Shown here piece by piece: positions 9,383 to 18,784 of a stretch of DNA of 64,000 bases. The notes beneath the pieces are model-generated. The model saw only the letters and a list, made by a program, of their open reading frames with translations. It searched no databases and had not been told where the DNA came from. The position numbers and the translations under genes are program-made. The stretch's first letter is position 1. Each line of letters opens with the position of its first letter. Where the stretch lies: assembly GCA_963708185.1 (NCBI GenBank), contig OY970195.1:768001-832000 (forward strand), written 5' to 3'. The DNA is from Candidatus Peregrinibacteria bacterium (GTDB lineage: Bacteria; Patescibacteriota; Gracilibacteria; UBA1369).

Positions 9383-11080
9383 TCACCACAACGAGAGTTG
9401 TTTCTTTTTCCAGGTTGTTTTCGCGCTCATGGCGTGAGGTCTATTTTCGACGATATGGGCGGATATTTCGCTGATGAAGGTCGAAGGTCGGGAAGGTTTT
9501 TCGTGCCTGGTTTTCGCGCCGCTCAGGAACAGCCGTTCTTTGGCCCTGGTAAGCCCCACGTACATGAGACGCCGTTCTTCTTCCACATCGGGTTCTGATT
9601 TCTTAGGGATATAGGGCAGCGTGCCTTCCTCAAGTCCGGCAATGAACACCACCGGAAACTCCAGCCCTTTGGCCGCGTGAATGGACATGAGGGTGACGGC
9701 TTCCATGCGGGCATCGTAGGCATCATTCTCCTGCAAAAGCTTGAGTTCGTTCAGGAACAACATGATGCCATTAATGCCGGATGTTTCGTCGAACTGGGCG
9801 GCAAAGTTGATGAGGGTCAGGATGTTTTTCCAGATTTTTTCGCCTTTGTTCGTTCGGTCGTTCCATTCTGGTTCTAGATTCAACGCCTTGAGCATATTTT
9901 TGAGATTCACGGAGGGGCTTTGCTTTTCGAACGCCGCGTGGAGTTCCTGATATTTTTTTTGAAAGCCCAGATATTCGCTTGGAAGATTTTTGAAATCCAA
10001 GGCCAGGGCCAGGTGCTTCATCACGGTTTCGACTTCCTTTTCCTGGAACCATAAGGTCCCCGCGGGGCGTTGATAGGGCAGGCCCTCTTTTTTAAGCGCG
10101 GTTTCAATAAGTTTTCCCTGGATGTTGGTGCGATAGATGACGGCGATGTCAGTGAAATGGTAGTGGGTCTCGTACTCTCTGCCTGTCTTTTGATCCATGG
10201 ACGTGGTGTCCGTTCCGCCGAGAAGTTTAGCGATCTCCTTGGCGATAAAAATGGCTTCGCTCAGTGGAGTCTGGCACTGTGTCAGCGTGATGCGCGGACC
10301 GGATTCTTTGACGCTGCGAAGGTTTTTATGCACGCGTCGGGTGTTGTGAACGATAAGATCTCCGGCACAATTCACAATGTCCGGCGTGGAGCGGTAGTTT
10401 TGTTCGAGGTGAAAAACTTTCGTCCCGGAAAAATCTTTCTCGAAACGGAGGAAGTGCTCAAGATCCGCCCCCCGAAAACTGTAGATGGCCTGATCCGGGT
10501 CGCCGATGGCGCAGAGTTTTGTTTGCGGTCCTGTAAGTTCTTTGATGAGCATGTATTGGGTTTCGTTTACGTCCTGGTACTCGTCGACAAAGAGATAATG
10601 GATTCTTTGGTGAAGTTCTTTTTTCAGGCTGTCGTCTTCACTGATCAGTTGAAGAGTTTTCGTGAGAATGCCGTCGAAATCGAGAGCCCCGAGGTCTTTG
10701 AGTTTTTGGTCGTACAGCGTTTTGTCTTCGCCAACGGAGTTGAAGATTTCCTGCTGTTCCTTTTGTGAAAGAAGGCGCAAATTATTAATTTTCGAACGCA
10801 GAATGCGCAATGCAAAAGAATGAAATGTCCCCGCGAAAGGGAGTTTCGTGTGCGGGGGGAGTAATTGCTGAAGTCTTTGCGTAAGCTGCTCGCCCGCCTT
10901 GCGCGTAAAGGTCATGGCGACGATATTGTTGGGATCAACGTGTTTCTCCGTGATGAGCTGAAAGATTTTTTGCGTTATCGTATGCGTTTTCCCGGTTCCC
11001 GGACCGGCGACGATGAGCAGGTGCCCGGCGTCGTATTCAACGGCCAGTTGCTGTTCGGGGTTAAGTTGAGATTGTTCCAT
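9383..11080 (-). CDS. uvrD: UvrD/PcrA/Rep superfamily 1 helicase (compact)
   Basis: AGPGTGKT, TFTRKA, GTFHS, VDEYQD, GDPDQAIYSFRGA, QNYRS, SIHAAKGLEF, EERRLMYVGLTRA. Confidence 0.93.
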   Translation of the reverse strand: MEQSQLNPEQQLAVEYDAGHLLIVAGPGTGKTHTITQKIFQLITEKHVDPNNIVAMTFTRKAGEQLTQRLQQLLPPHTKLPFAGTFHSFALRILRSKINNLRLLSQKEQQEIFNSVGEDKTLYDQKLKDLGALDFDGILTKTLQLISEDDSLKKELHQRIHYLFVDEYQDVNETQYMLIKELTGPQTKLCAIGDPDQAIYSFRGADLEHFLRFEKDFSGTKVFHLEQNYRSTPDIVNCAGDLIVHNTRRVHKNLRSVKESGPRITLTQCQTPLSEAIFIAKEIAKLLGGTDTTSMDQKTGREYETHYHFTDIAVIYRTNIQGKLIETALKKEGLPYQRPAGTLWFQEKEVETVMKHLALALDFKNLPSEYLGFQKKYQELHAAFEKQSPSVNLKNMLKALNLEPEWNDRTNKGEKIWKNILTLINFAAQFDETSGINGIMLFLNELKLLQENDAYDARMEAVTLMSIHAAKGLEFPVVFIAGLEEGTLPYIPKKSEPDVEEERRLMYVGLTRAKERLFLSGAKTRHEKPSRPSTFISEISAHIVENRPHAMSAKTTWKKKQLSLW

Positions 11081-11089
11081 TTTTGGGAA

Positions 11090-12427
11090 TTAGAAGAGCG
11101 CCATCTGGTCCCGGAGCTGTTGACGATGATCGTTTTCGAACACTTTGATGATGCCGAATTTTCCATCGTAGCCGGGTTCAATGTGGATTTTCCCGGTTCG
11201 GACTCTCTTGATAGCTTCGGCGATGACGGGGCTGGAAGCGGCCTGGATTTTTTCGAGCGGAGCATCGAGCAAAATGTAAAATTCGTTGCCGAGTTTCCCA
11301 ATCAGTTCCATGTACTGGAGATTCACTTTCTTTGATGCCGGTCCGACTTCCAGGACATCCGCCAGGATTTCGGGAAGCGGTACGAGGTAGCGGAACGGGA
11401 TGTGCTTGGCATGGGCAAAAGGGCGGCCTTCATGCACCGTGGGGTTTTCGGTTTTTTCCTCAACGGAATCCGGGGCGCGGTCGGCAAGCGTATCAACCCT
11501 GTTCATGACGCCGATGACGAGTTTCTTGCCGCATTCTGGACAGATGCCCTCGAGTTTTTTGGTTTCCTCCGGAGTGAGAGAAACGTTGCAATCAGCGTGT
11601 CCGTCGAGATGATATTTCCCTTCTTCGGGATAGAACTCGATGGTTTCAAGGAAACGCTTGGGATCGCCTTTTTTGAGCGCATCGAGGATTTCAAAATAGG
11701 AAAGTTCACAACGGAAACGGTTGGCCTCGCGACCGAGTTTTCTTGGAGAATGGGCATCGGAATTGGAAACGAGCGTCACGTTATCCAGCTGGGAAAGACG
11801 CCAGTTCATGGCCGGATCCGAGGACAGGCCGGTTTCGATCGCGGTGATGTGGGGCGTCAGCTCCTCGAAGCATTCTTCAAGGGTGTTGAATCCGGAACTT
11901 TGCCCGAGCACCCCGAAATGCGGCGTCCAAGCATGGGCTGGGATGATCATGCAGTCGGGCGAAGCGTCGAGCGCTATTTTAACAAGTTCCTTGGCATCGA
12001 GCCCGAGGATGGGCCGGCCGTCGGCATGGAGGTTCCCGACCTTACCGAGCGCTTCGTTGATTTTCGCCGCTGCCGGAAATGAAGGTGCCGCCAGGATCAT
12101 GTGGACTTTTCTGACTTTGCCGTTCTTGGAGTAGATGCAGCTGATTTCGACCGTCAGCAAAAACCGCATCCTGGTGCGGCAGGATGGAGGAATTTCCACA
12201 GTGATTTCTTCCGCGAGGTCTTTTTTGAGAGTGAACAGTCCCGGCTCGGCGTCCTCAAGCTTTTCGCGGATTTCGTTGAACCAGGCAGGATGGGTAAAGT
12301 CTCCCGTTCCTATCACCTGGATGCCTTTGATCTGTCCCCATTTGTAGAGACTCACCATGTTCATTTCCTTACTGGTGGCACGGGAATAGTGGGAATGGAT
12401 GTGAAAATCGGCGATGAAATCCATCAT
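11090..12427 (-). CDS. Endonuclease Q family PHP-domain protein
   Basis: ADFHIHSHYSRATS, GTGDFTHP, PAHAWTP, ETGLSSDP, NSDAHS, GKYHLDGH.C..CPECG. Confidence 0.9.
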   Translation of the reverse strand: MMDFIADFHIHSHYSRATSKEMNMVSLYKWGQIKGIQVIGTGDFTHPAWFNEIREKLEDAEPGLFTLKKDLAEEITVEIPPSCRTRMRFLLTVEISCIYSKNGKVRKVHMILAAPSFPAAAKINEALGKVGNLHADGRPILGLDAKELVKIALDASPDCMIIPAHAWTPHFGVLGQSSGFNTLEECFEELTPHITAIETGLSSDPAMNWRLSQLDNVTLVSNSDAHSPRKLGREANRFRCELSYFEILDALKKGDPKRFLETIEFYPEEGKYHLDGHADCNVSLTPEETKKLEGICPECGKKLVIGVMNRVDTLADRAPDSVEEKTENPTVHEGRPFAHAKHIPFRYLVPLPEILADVLEVGPASKKVNLQYMELIGKLGNEFYILLDAPLEKIQAASSPVIAEAIKRVRTGKIHIEPGYDGKFGIIKVFENDHRQQLRDQMALF

Positions 12428-12477
12428 GAAAAAAGCGGTGAAACGAACATCACCATCCTAACGGCGGACGCACCAAT

Positions 12478-13305
12478 TTACAAATTATTGTAATAGTAGG
12501 TGACGTTCTTGAGCCAGGTATCGGGGTGGTCGTTGCCGCTGTAGATCTGGGCAAGGCGGTAGGTCGGAAAAATTTTGTAGCTTTTGGCCCAGAGCTGCTT
12601 GAAGTAGTCGTGGCTGGCCTGAATACTGTTGAAGTGAAGGAACTGCCCGTTCTTCTTGAATCCATGGCAGTTGTTGTACAGCGCGGAACCGACTTTGTCC
12701 TGGCAGTTGTGGGTTTCGGTCATGGCCACGGCCATGCTCAATTTATCGAGATCCAGACTGACGGTTTTGGTGGTCTTTTTGGCGGGAGTCGCCGGTTTGG
12801 CCGGAGTTTTGGCGGGTACAGCCGGAGGGGTTGTCGCTGGTTTCGGTGCGGGCTGGGCCGGGGCAGAGGAAGGCGCAGGGGCGTGCGTTTGAGGATTGAC
12901 CTGGTGTTGATCTGTTGTCGGTTGATTTGAAATTTGAGCCTGCGTCTGTTGGATCGGTGTTGCTCCCTGGACACTTGGCGATCCAGCAAGACTTGGCTCA
13001 TTTTGCTGATCTGTTTCGCTATCTGATGGAAGCACACCTGCTTCAAAAGCGCTGTCATCCACCTGGAAGCATTGTGGGACATCGGCGGGTTGCGCGGAGT
13101 TTTGCTGTTGGGTCGGAACCTTCACGTCCGAAGGAACGATTCCCGCTTCAAACACTTCCTGTTTTGCTGAACACTGCTGGTAAACCATCCCGTGGACGAT
13201 GGCGGCTCCGGTGGAAAGACCGATGACAACGATCAGGATATTGGCCAGAACTCTGATCACGCTGGACTTCAGGCTTTTTTTCTCGGTTAATTGGCTTGTT
13301 TCCAT
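12478..13305 (-). CDS. Membrane-anchored protein with P/A/Q linker and a C-terminal lysozyme-like (GH73-like) domain
   Basis: N-terminal TM; C-terminal AVAMTET..NNCHG..F.S..YSG..DTWLKNV. Confidence 0.6.
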   Translation of the reverse strand: METSQLTEKKSLKSSVIRVLANILIVVIGLSTGAAIVHGMVYQQCSAKQEVFEAGIVPSDVKVPTQQQNSAQPADVPQCFQVDDSAFEAGVLPSDSETDQQNEPSLAGSPSVQGATPIQQTQAQISNQPTTDQHQVNPQTHAPAPSSAPAQPAPKPATTPPAVPAKTPAKPATPAKKTTKTVSLDLDKLSMAVAMTETHNCQDKVGSALYNNCHGFKKNGQFLHFNSIQASHDYFKQLWAKSYKIFPTYRLAQIYSGNDHPDTWLKNVTYYYNNL

Positions 13306-13472
13306 CGTTCTTACGGTTAAAAAGACTTCAGATTCTTGAAAGGCGCCTATTATAAGGCATTACGTCCATTTGTCAATGCTTTCTCGAGCTTTTTTGGCTA
13401 GTAGAAAAAGAAATTTTGTATTTTTCGTGGTTTGAGTTATGATCATTTCCTTGTATTTTTATTCCATTTGTT

Positions 13473-15323
13473 ATGCCTCAACTTCCCGACATCTCTTCTT
13501 CCGATTATGACCGTTATAAAGAACTCGTTCCCGAATTCGACCAGCCAATGAGCAAACGGGCCGCAGAGGCTTTGAACAGACTTGCGTACGGAGCGGCCGG
13601 AGAAGCGCTCCCCGAAAATGAAGTCGAACGGAACATCGCCATGTTCCAGGAGGAAATCAGAGTGAAAATCGCCCAGCTGGAGCCGAATCTTATCTGGCGG
13701 GGAAAACTGCATCCCGTCCGGGAAGGGAGAAATGAGATTTATATGGGAAGCAGCGATGCCGAATTCAAGAAAGCGCCGCGGACTGATCTGAAAACTTTTG
13801 AAGAGATTCTCGCCGATCCCACGGAACGAATGGGTTTGGATTCCGGCAACCGATTTGCAACAGCACACTGCATTGTTGTCAGCCCGAAGAGGATCAAGGA
13901 TTCACTGCTGGAAAATCTGGGGCTCACGGAGTTCCTTCCTCCGAAAAGGACAAAAAAAGATGAGAAACAGGCGTATCGCGCCCAAGCCATCCCGGCGATC
14001 AAGGAGATGCTTGAGCACCTGGATACTTTCGCGCTTTCCCATGAACAGGACCGTTCCAGCCTCCGTTACTTCCGCCTCTTCCGCATCAATGCCGGGAAAA
14101 ATCTGGGGAAAGTTCTCGGGACCCAGGTCATCGGCAAACAAAAGACGCTTTTCCTCACCGACCTCCATGGCGCGCACAGGAGGATCGACCATATTTACGA
14201 CGGGTATGATCAGGAGATCGCCGTACTCCAACAAATCCAGGACGGCGTGCGAGACGTGGACGTGAAGTTGAGCCGGGAGTGGAAACAGACGAAAGACGAA
14301 GGAAAAGTCGAAGAGGTGAAACAGCAGCTTCTGGCGCTGGTTGACCAGCTTCAGTTCGTAACGAACGAACACAAACAAAAGATGCGAGATCAGATCCGCG
14401 GGGCCGTGAATCTTGAATCAGTGTACACGCTTCCTGAAAAACGAAAGATGATCAAAGGCGTCAGTACCGTCGTCCGTCCGGCGAAAACGGTGGTTGCCCT
14501 GAACCCCGGTGCTGCACGCGCCAGGATCAACACTTCACCGCTGCATGTCGGCAGGCGCATCGCCGAAATCGCGGCCATCAAGAGCTACCTTGCCAAGGAC
14601 CAGACCCGCATCAAGACTTTTATCGAAGCGCAAAGCCAGCCTTTCGATGAATTCCACAAGACGGTGGAGGAGATGCATGCAAAACTGAATATTTTACAGC
14701 AGGACCGGCCGATGACGCCGGCCGAACGTCTGCGGGCCATCAACAATCTGGAAAGGTTCCGCAACAAGTGTTCTTTTTCGACGTCGCCGATCATGTTCTT
14801 CGAACCGTACCAGACGTTCGCCCAGGTGATGGTCGAATACATCGACAGAACGGTTGAGGCTTTGCGGAAAGACGAGACACCGGAAAATCGCAAAGAAGCG
14901 GCAGAAGAGTTTACCAAAGTTTATCTTGTGACGAAGATCCAGCGTTTTCACTCGCAGATGCAGGCTCTTTATGATGAGTTCCTAAGCGGAGGCAAGGTCC
15001 CCGACTTTGACAAGTTCCTCGAAAAACTCGGAGCGATTGATCTTGTTCTGTACAGGAAAGACATTGCCCCACAGGTCAAAACTGCTGAATTTGATCCCGT
15101 CTTCGGAGAACTCTACCATCTTATCAACAGTGTGCGTTCTCGCGCTAAAAAAGCGAAAGAAATTGTGAATACCGCTCCGGAAAGCGAAGAGATCAAAATC
15201 CTGACGAACTTCATCTACGAACGCATCAGGAGTTTTGATTTCGCAACATTGATGGGCAAGATCTCAGTGCAGGATGGGGCCGTTCTGGACAACCTCGAAG
15301 GCACTTCCGGGGACAGCCTTTAA
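13473..15323 (+). CDS. Hypothetical 616-aa charged helical protein
   Basis: Long ORF with genome-like codon usage; no motif recognised. Confidence 0.75.
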   Translation: MPQLPDISSSDYDRYKELVPEFDQPMSKRAAEALNRLAYGAAGEALPENEVERNIAMFQEEIRVKIAQLEPNLIWRGKLHPVREGRNEIYMGSSDAEFKKAPRTDLKTFEEILADPTERMGLDSGNRFATAHCIVVSPKRIKDSLLENLGLTEFLPPKRTKKDEKQAYRAQAIPAIKEMLEHLDTFALSHEQDRSSLRYFRLFRINAGKNLGKVLGTQVIGKQKTLFLTDLHGAHRRIDHIYDGYDQEIAVLQQIQDGVRDVDVKLSREWKQTKDEGKVEEVKQQLLALVDQLQFVTNEHKQKMRDQIRGAVNLESVYTLPEKRKMIKGVSTVVRPAKTVVALNPGAARARINTSPLHVGRRIAEIAAIKSYLAKDQTRIKTFIEAQSQPFDEFHKTVEEMHAKLNILQQDRPMTPAERLRAINNLERFRNKCSFSTSPIMFFEPYQTFAQVMVEYIDRTVEALRKDETPENRKEAAEEFTKVYLVTKIQRFHSQMQALYDEFLSGGKVPDFDKFLEKLGAIDLVLYRKDIAPQVKTAEFDPVFGELYHLINSVRSRAKKAKEIVNTAPESEEIKILTNFIYERIRSFDFATLMGKISVQDGAVLDNLEGTSGDSL

Positions 15324-16751
15324 CTGATTGAGATCATTATCGTCCCAGCGCGGGTCGGCGGCACCGGTGATATACCAGTTGCTGCCGTTGTCGGCGACGA
15401 TCATGCCATACTTTTTAAGCGTTTCGGCGATAACTCGGGATTCGCCGGTCAAATTTGAAATGTCGTAATCCGCTTTGAGACGGAGCCTGAGTCCCATGGG
15501 CGGAAGGTTCGGATCCGTGGAGCTGCTGGCGGCGTGGGTGGCCGGGTGAATGTACCCTTTCTGGCTCTTGCTGACTGTGAAACGGATGGCGTGGTTGACG
15601 GAGCCGGCAGCGACTTCATCGAAGCGGACGAGTCCGGCAAACACGGGCAGGCCCGCAGCGTCCGCGGAGGTCCAGCCGTCGGGACGGAGCGTGTCGGTGA
15701 GCAGATCGAACGTTGCCGCTGAACCGGCGTTCCAGCCTCCCTGAACTTTTTGCGCTGACCAGAGTTCGTAGAGTTTGCAGTTGTCCTGGTCTACCACGAG
15801 CACGTGGGCGTCGCTGCCGTTTTCGATTTTGGCGTTGTCGGGAATCGGATACGGTCCCGGGTCGCTTTCGTCAGCGTAATCGATGGTGAGCAGCGGCACC
15901 AGAGGCTGATCTTTGCCGACCACATTGTAAGGAATTCCATACTCCCCGTTTCCTCCAAAATCAGGATGAAGATGTCCGCTTGCCCCGATGCTTGCGATGT
16001 AGCTGTCTGAATTCGGATCGACGGGGTAGCCAGAGATATCGGTATTCCACGGATTGTCGGCCGGGAACACCGGGCAGTTGCCGATCATGGGGGCGGATCC
16101 GGATGCCGTGACCGTCGTTCCGCCGAGTTTGGCGTAATCCATGGAATCTTTATAAGTGATGCCGGCTTTGAGACGGTAGATCATTTCGACCATTTCGCCG
16201 CGCGTTATTTTCTGGTCGAAGCCGGTGATGGTCGTTGGAATGGCGTTGAGGCCCGCGAGAGTGTCGACGTACGGCTTGTACCAGACCGCTCCGGGTGAAG
16301 TCTGGTAGCCGAATCCGTTGACGATGACTTTGGCGGCTTCGGCAAAATTGATGTCATTTGCGGGCTGGAAGGTTCCGTCGGGATAACCTGAAATAATGCC
16401 GGAAGCGTACGCCTTGCGCAGATAGGGAATGTACCACTGGCCTGATTCAACATCATTGAACGGCACGCTCATCAACGAATAGATATCGAAGTTTGACGGA
16501 TCCTTCGAGGGATCGTATCCGCTTATTGCTCCGACGATGATTTTGGTGAACTCGGCACGGTTGACGTTGTTCTGCGCTTTGAAGGTTCCGTCGGGATAGC
16601 CGCTGACAATGTTGTTGTTCTGGGCGAAGACGATGGCGTCGTAGTCGGGGTCGGACGAGGTCACGTCGGTGAAAGCGGCGAATACGGGTTGTGCCAGAGC
16701 AAGTGTTATCGCAGCTACGGCAATGGCAGCGTTGAGAAATTTTGATTTCAT
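15264..16751 (-). CDS. SLH-domain surface protein with a conserved uncharacterised C-terminal domain
   Basis: Signal peptide (VFA-A); SLH repeats GYPDGTF..NRAEF / ITRGEM; C-terminal CPVFPADNPWN..DAHVLVVD..SADAAGLP..HAIRFT. Confidence 0.85.
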   Translation of the reverse strand: MKSKFLNAAIAVAAITLALAQPVFAAFTDVTSSDPDYDAIVFAQNNNIVSGYPDGTFKAQNNVNRAEFTKIIVGAISGYDPSKDPSNFDIYSLMSVPFNDVESGQWYIPYLRKAYASGIISGYPDGTFQPANDINFAEAAKVIVNGFGYQTSPGAVWYKPYVDTLAGLNAIPTTITGFDQKITRGEMVEMIYRLKAGITYKDSMDYAKLGGTTVTASGSAPMIGNCPVFPADNPWNTDISGYPVDPNSDSYIASIGASGHLHPDFGGNGEYGIPYNVVGKDQPLVPLLTIDYADESDPGPYPIPDNAKIENGSDAHVLVVDQDNCKLYELWSAQKVQGGWNAGSAATFDLLTDTLRPDGWTSADAAGLPVFAGLVRFDEVAAGSVNHAIRFTVSKSQKGYIHPATHAASSSTDPNLPPMGLRLRLKADYDISNLTGESRVIAETLKKYGMIVADNGSNWYITGAADPRWDDNDLNQLKAVPGSAFEVVQNGPILH

Positions 16752-16770
16752 GTGAGAAAAAAAATAAAAT

Positions 16771-18654
16771 TTAAGACAGGTTGATCGTCAGTTTTCCATG
16801 CAGGATGTCCTGGCGTTCGGCTTCACTTTCGTAGTCGCCGTAGGTGACGAAACGCTGCAAAAAAGCAGCGCGTTCATCCGGGTTCATCATGCGGATCTGA
16901 CTGTGATCGATTTTTACGGGCAGGAAATAGATCTGCAACTGGTCATTGCTGACGATGATCGCAGTACTCAGACCCTCCTGGGTGTCCGGAGAAAAATACT
17001 GGTCGAACACCGCATTCCCGAGCGAATAAAAAATGGGGCGATTCTTGTACGTTTCAAAGGTTTCCACCACGTGGGGGTGACATCCGATGACTGCCACGGC
17101 TCCGGCGTCGATGAATTCATGGGCCAACTGCTGCTGACGGGCGTTTGGTTTGTGCTGGTACTCAATGCCCCAGTGCATGAAAGGAATAACTTTGTAGCCT
17201 TGTGCAGTGAGCTCCTTGATTTTGGCGACGGCTTTGGCGTCGTCAATTTTGTAGACCACCTCTTCAAGCCCGAGGAAAACGATTTTTTGGCCGCCTGAGC
17301 TTTGACCTTGAACATCGAAAGTTGCCACGCTGCGGTCGTCGATCTGTCGCGGATCGCCAAAGGCTTGTATTCCCGTGGGCGCAAGGAGATCAAAGGTATC
17401 GTTAAAGCCGGATACTCCCATATCCATGGCGTGATTGTTGGCCTGGCTCAATGCGTCAAAAAAATACTTTTTCAACAGGGGCACGATATCGGGATTGAAA
17501 CGGAAGGCGATGCTCTTGCTTGTTAACGCTCTTTTTTTGGCGATGGGACCTTCCAGATTGGCCACCAGGATGTCGTTGCTCTTCATATAGGTGAGATCCA
17601 TGTTTTCGAACGGATAGTCCATGGAATGGCTGTCCATAAGGCTGCGTACCAGCCTGTCGAACATGAAATCCCCGAACGCCACGACAAAAGCGCTGCGGGT
17701 CTGCACGACCGATCCGTCCATGGAAAGGTCGATGAAACTTCCCGTTTGCGGATCCATGAACTGGTTGATGAAACGCTGGGCTTTCCTTTTGAAAAGATAT
17801 CTTTCCAGGACGTCGACGCTTACGGTGTCGTTGAGCGGGAGCGTGTCGTATTTGGAGCTGTCGAAGTTTTCCAGAACGTCTTCGGTGAACTTCAGCTGAA
17901 AATCTGCGATGGTCGGGTCTACGGACGTTTTTGGAACGGTCTGGGCGATGACCAGCGTGTCTTCAGGCAGTGAGACGGTGAGCCATTCCGCCAATTTTTC
18001 GTCATCGGCGGCCGTGGCGTCGCTGCTTATAAAAACGGGAAGAAAGGTCGCGTCGGGAAAACTTCTGGCGACAAAAGGGGCCACGATACCCGGCCAGGCT
18101 TCCCTTTCCGCGACTTTGGCAGTGGTGGCATCATTGGCAAAGATTTGAGCGGCGGCGGCTTTTTGAAGAACGTCTTCCGGTGGCGAGAGCAGGCCAAAAG
18201 GTGTTTTATAGGCGTCGTTACCGACGGCAGCCGACGGAGGGAAATTATCTGTCTGACCTTGATCGATATTTGGATCGATATTGGCCGATTCCAACACGAC
18301 GATCGTTGAATAATGCTGGTTCTGGACAAGGCTCTGGAAAAATCCGGCGATCTCTTCCTTGTTCTTGAGATTCGCTCCAAGGATCGCTCCCCTTACGGGG
18401 TTTTCACGAGGGAAATAGGTTTTTGCCTTATCGTACGCTTCATCGTACAAAGGTTTCTGCCCGGGCATGGACTGGAGAATTTGCGGAGGCTGGTGGTTCG
18501 ACTGTCCGTTTAACCGGGTCAGCCCTTCTCCGGTATCCAGCGCGTTTGTTCCCAACAGATCGGCATTGAGGGAGTTTTGGTTTGAAGCGCATCCGGACAG
18601 GATCAGCACGAGCAAGCCGAAAGCCAAAACTTTTGATGGAATGTTTTTGAACAA
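16771..18654 (-). CDS. Lipoprotein: degenerate MEMO-like domain fused to a CapA/PGA_cap metallophosphoesterase
   Basis: LSGC lipobox; YKTPFGLL..APFVARSFPDATFLPV (MEMO-like); GDFM, NLEG, ANNH, MHWG, GCHPH, YSLGN. Confidence 0.85.
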   Translation of the reverse strand: MFKNIPSKVLAFGLLVLILSGCASNQNSLNADLLGTNALDTGEGLTRLNGQSNHQPPQILQSMPGQKPLYDEAYDKAKTYFPRENPVRGAILGANLKNKEEIAGFFQSLVQNQHYSTIVVLESANIDPNIDQGQTDNFPPSAAVGNDAYKTPFGLLSPPEDVLQKAAAAQIFANDATTAKVAEREAWPGIVAPFVARSFPDATFLPVFISSDATAADDEKLAEWLTVSLPEDTLVIAQTVPKTSVDPTIADFQLKFTEDVLENFDSSKYDTLPLNDTVSVDVLERYLFKRKAQRFINQFMDPQTGSFIDLSMDGSVVQTRSAFVVAFGDFMFDRLVRSLMDSHSMDYPFENMDLTYMKSNDILVANLEGPIAKKRALTSKSIAFRFNPDIVPLLKKYFFDALSQANNHAMDMGVSGFNDTFDLLAPTGIQAFGDPRQIDDRSVATFDVQGQSSGGQKIVFLGLEEVVYKIDDAKAVAKIKELTAQGYKVIPFMHWGIEYQHKPNARQQQLAHEFIDAGAVAVIGCHPHVVETFETYKNRPIFYSLGNAVFDQYFSPDTQEGLSTAIIVSNDQLQIYFLPVKIDHSQIRMMNPDERAAFLQRFVTYGDYESEAERQDILHGKLTINLS

Positions 18655-18690
18655 GGCACTTGAGAGTTTATGTGGACATCATTGTATCAC

Positions 18691-18720
18691 AAAAAGCGGT
18701 CCCAGGCCTGGGACCGCTTT
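18691..18720 (-). terminator. Intrinsic terminator (28-bp perfect palindrome 18693-18720)
   Basis: AAAGCGGTCCCAGG-CCTGGGACCGCTTT with a U-tract on the minus strand after the SLH gene. Confidence 0.8.
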
Positions 18721-18784
18721 CGTTTTTCTCAAGTATGCTCACACCAGCTTTGATGGCGGGCGGAATTGATAAGGTTCCGCTTCC

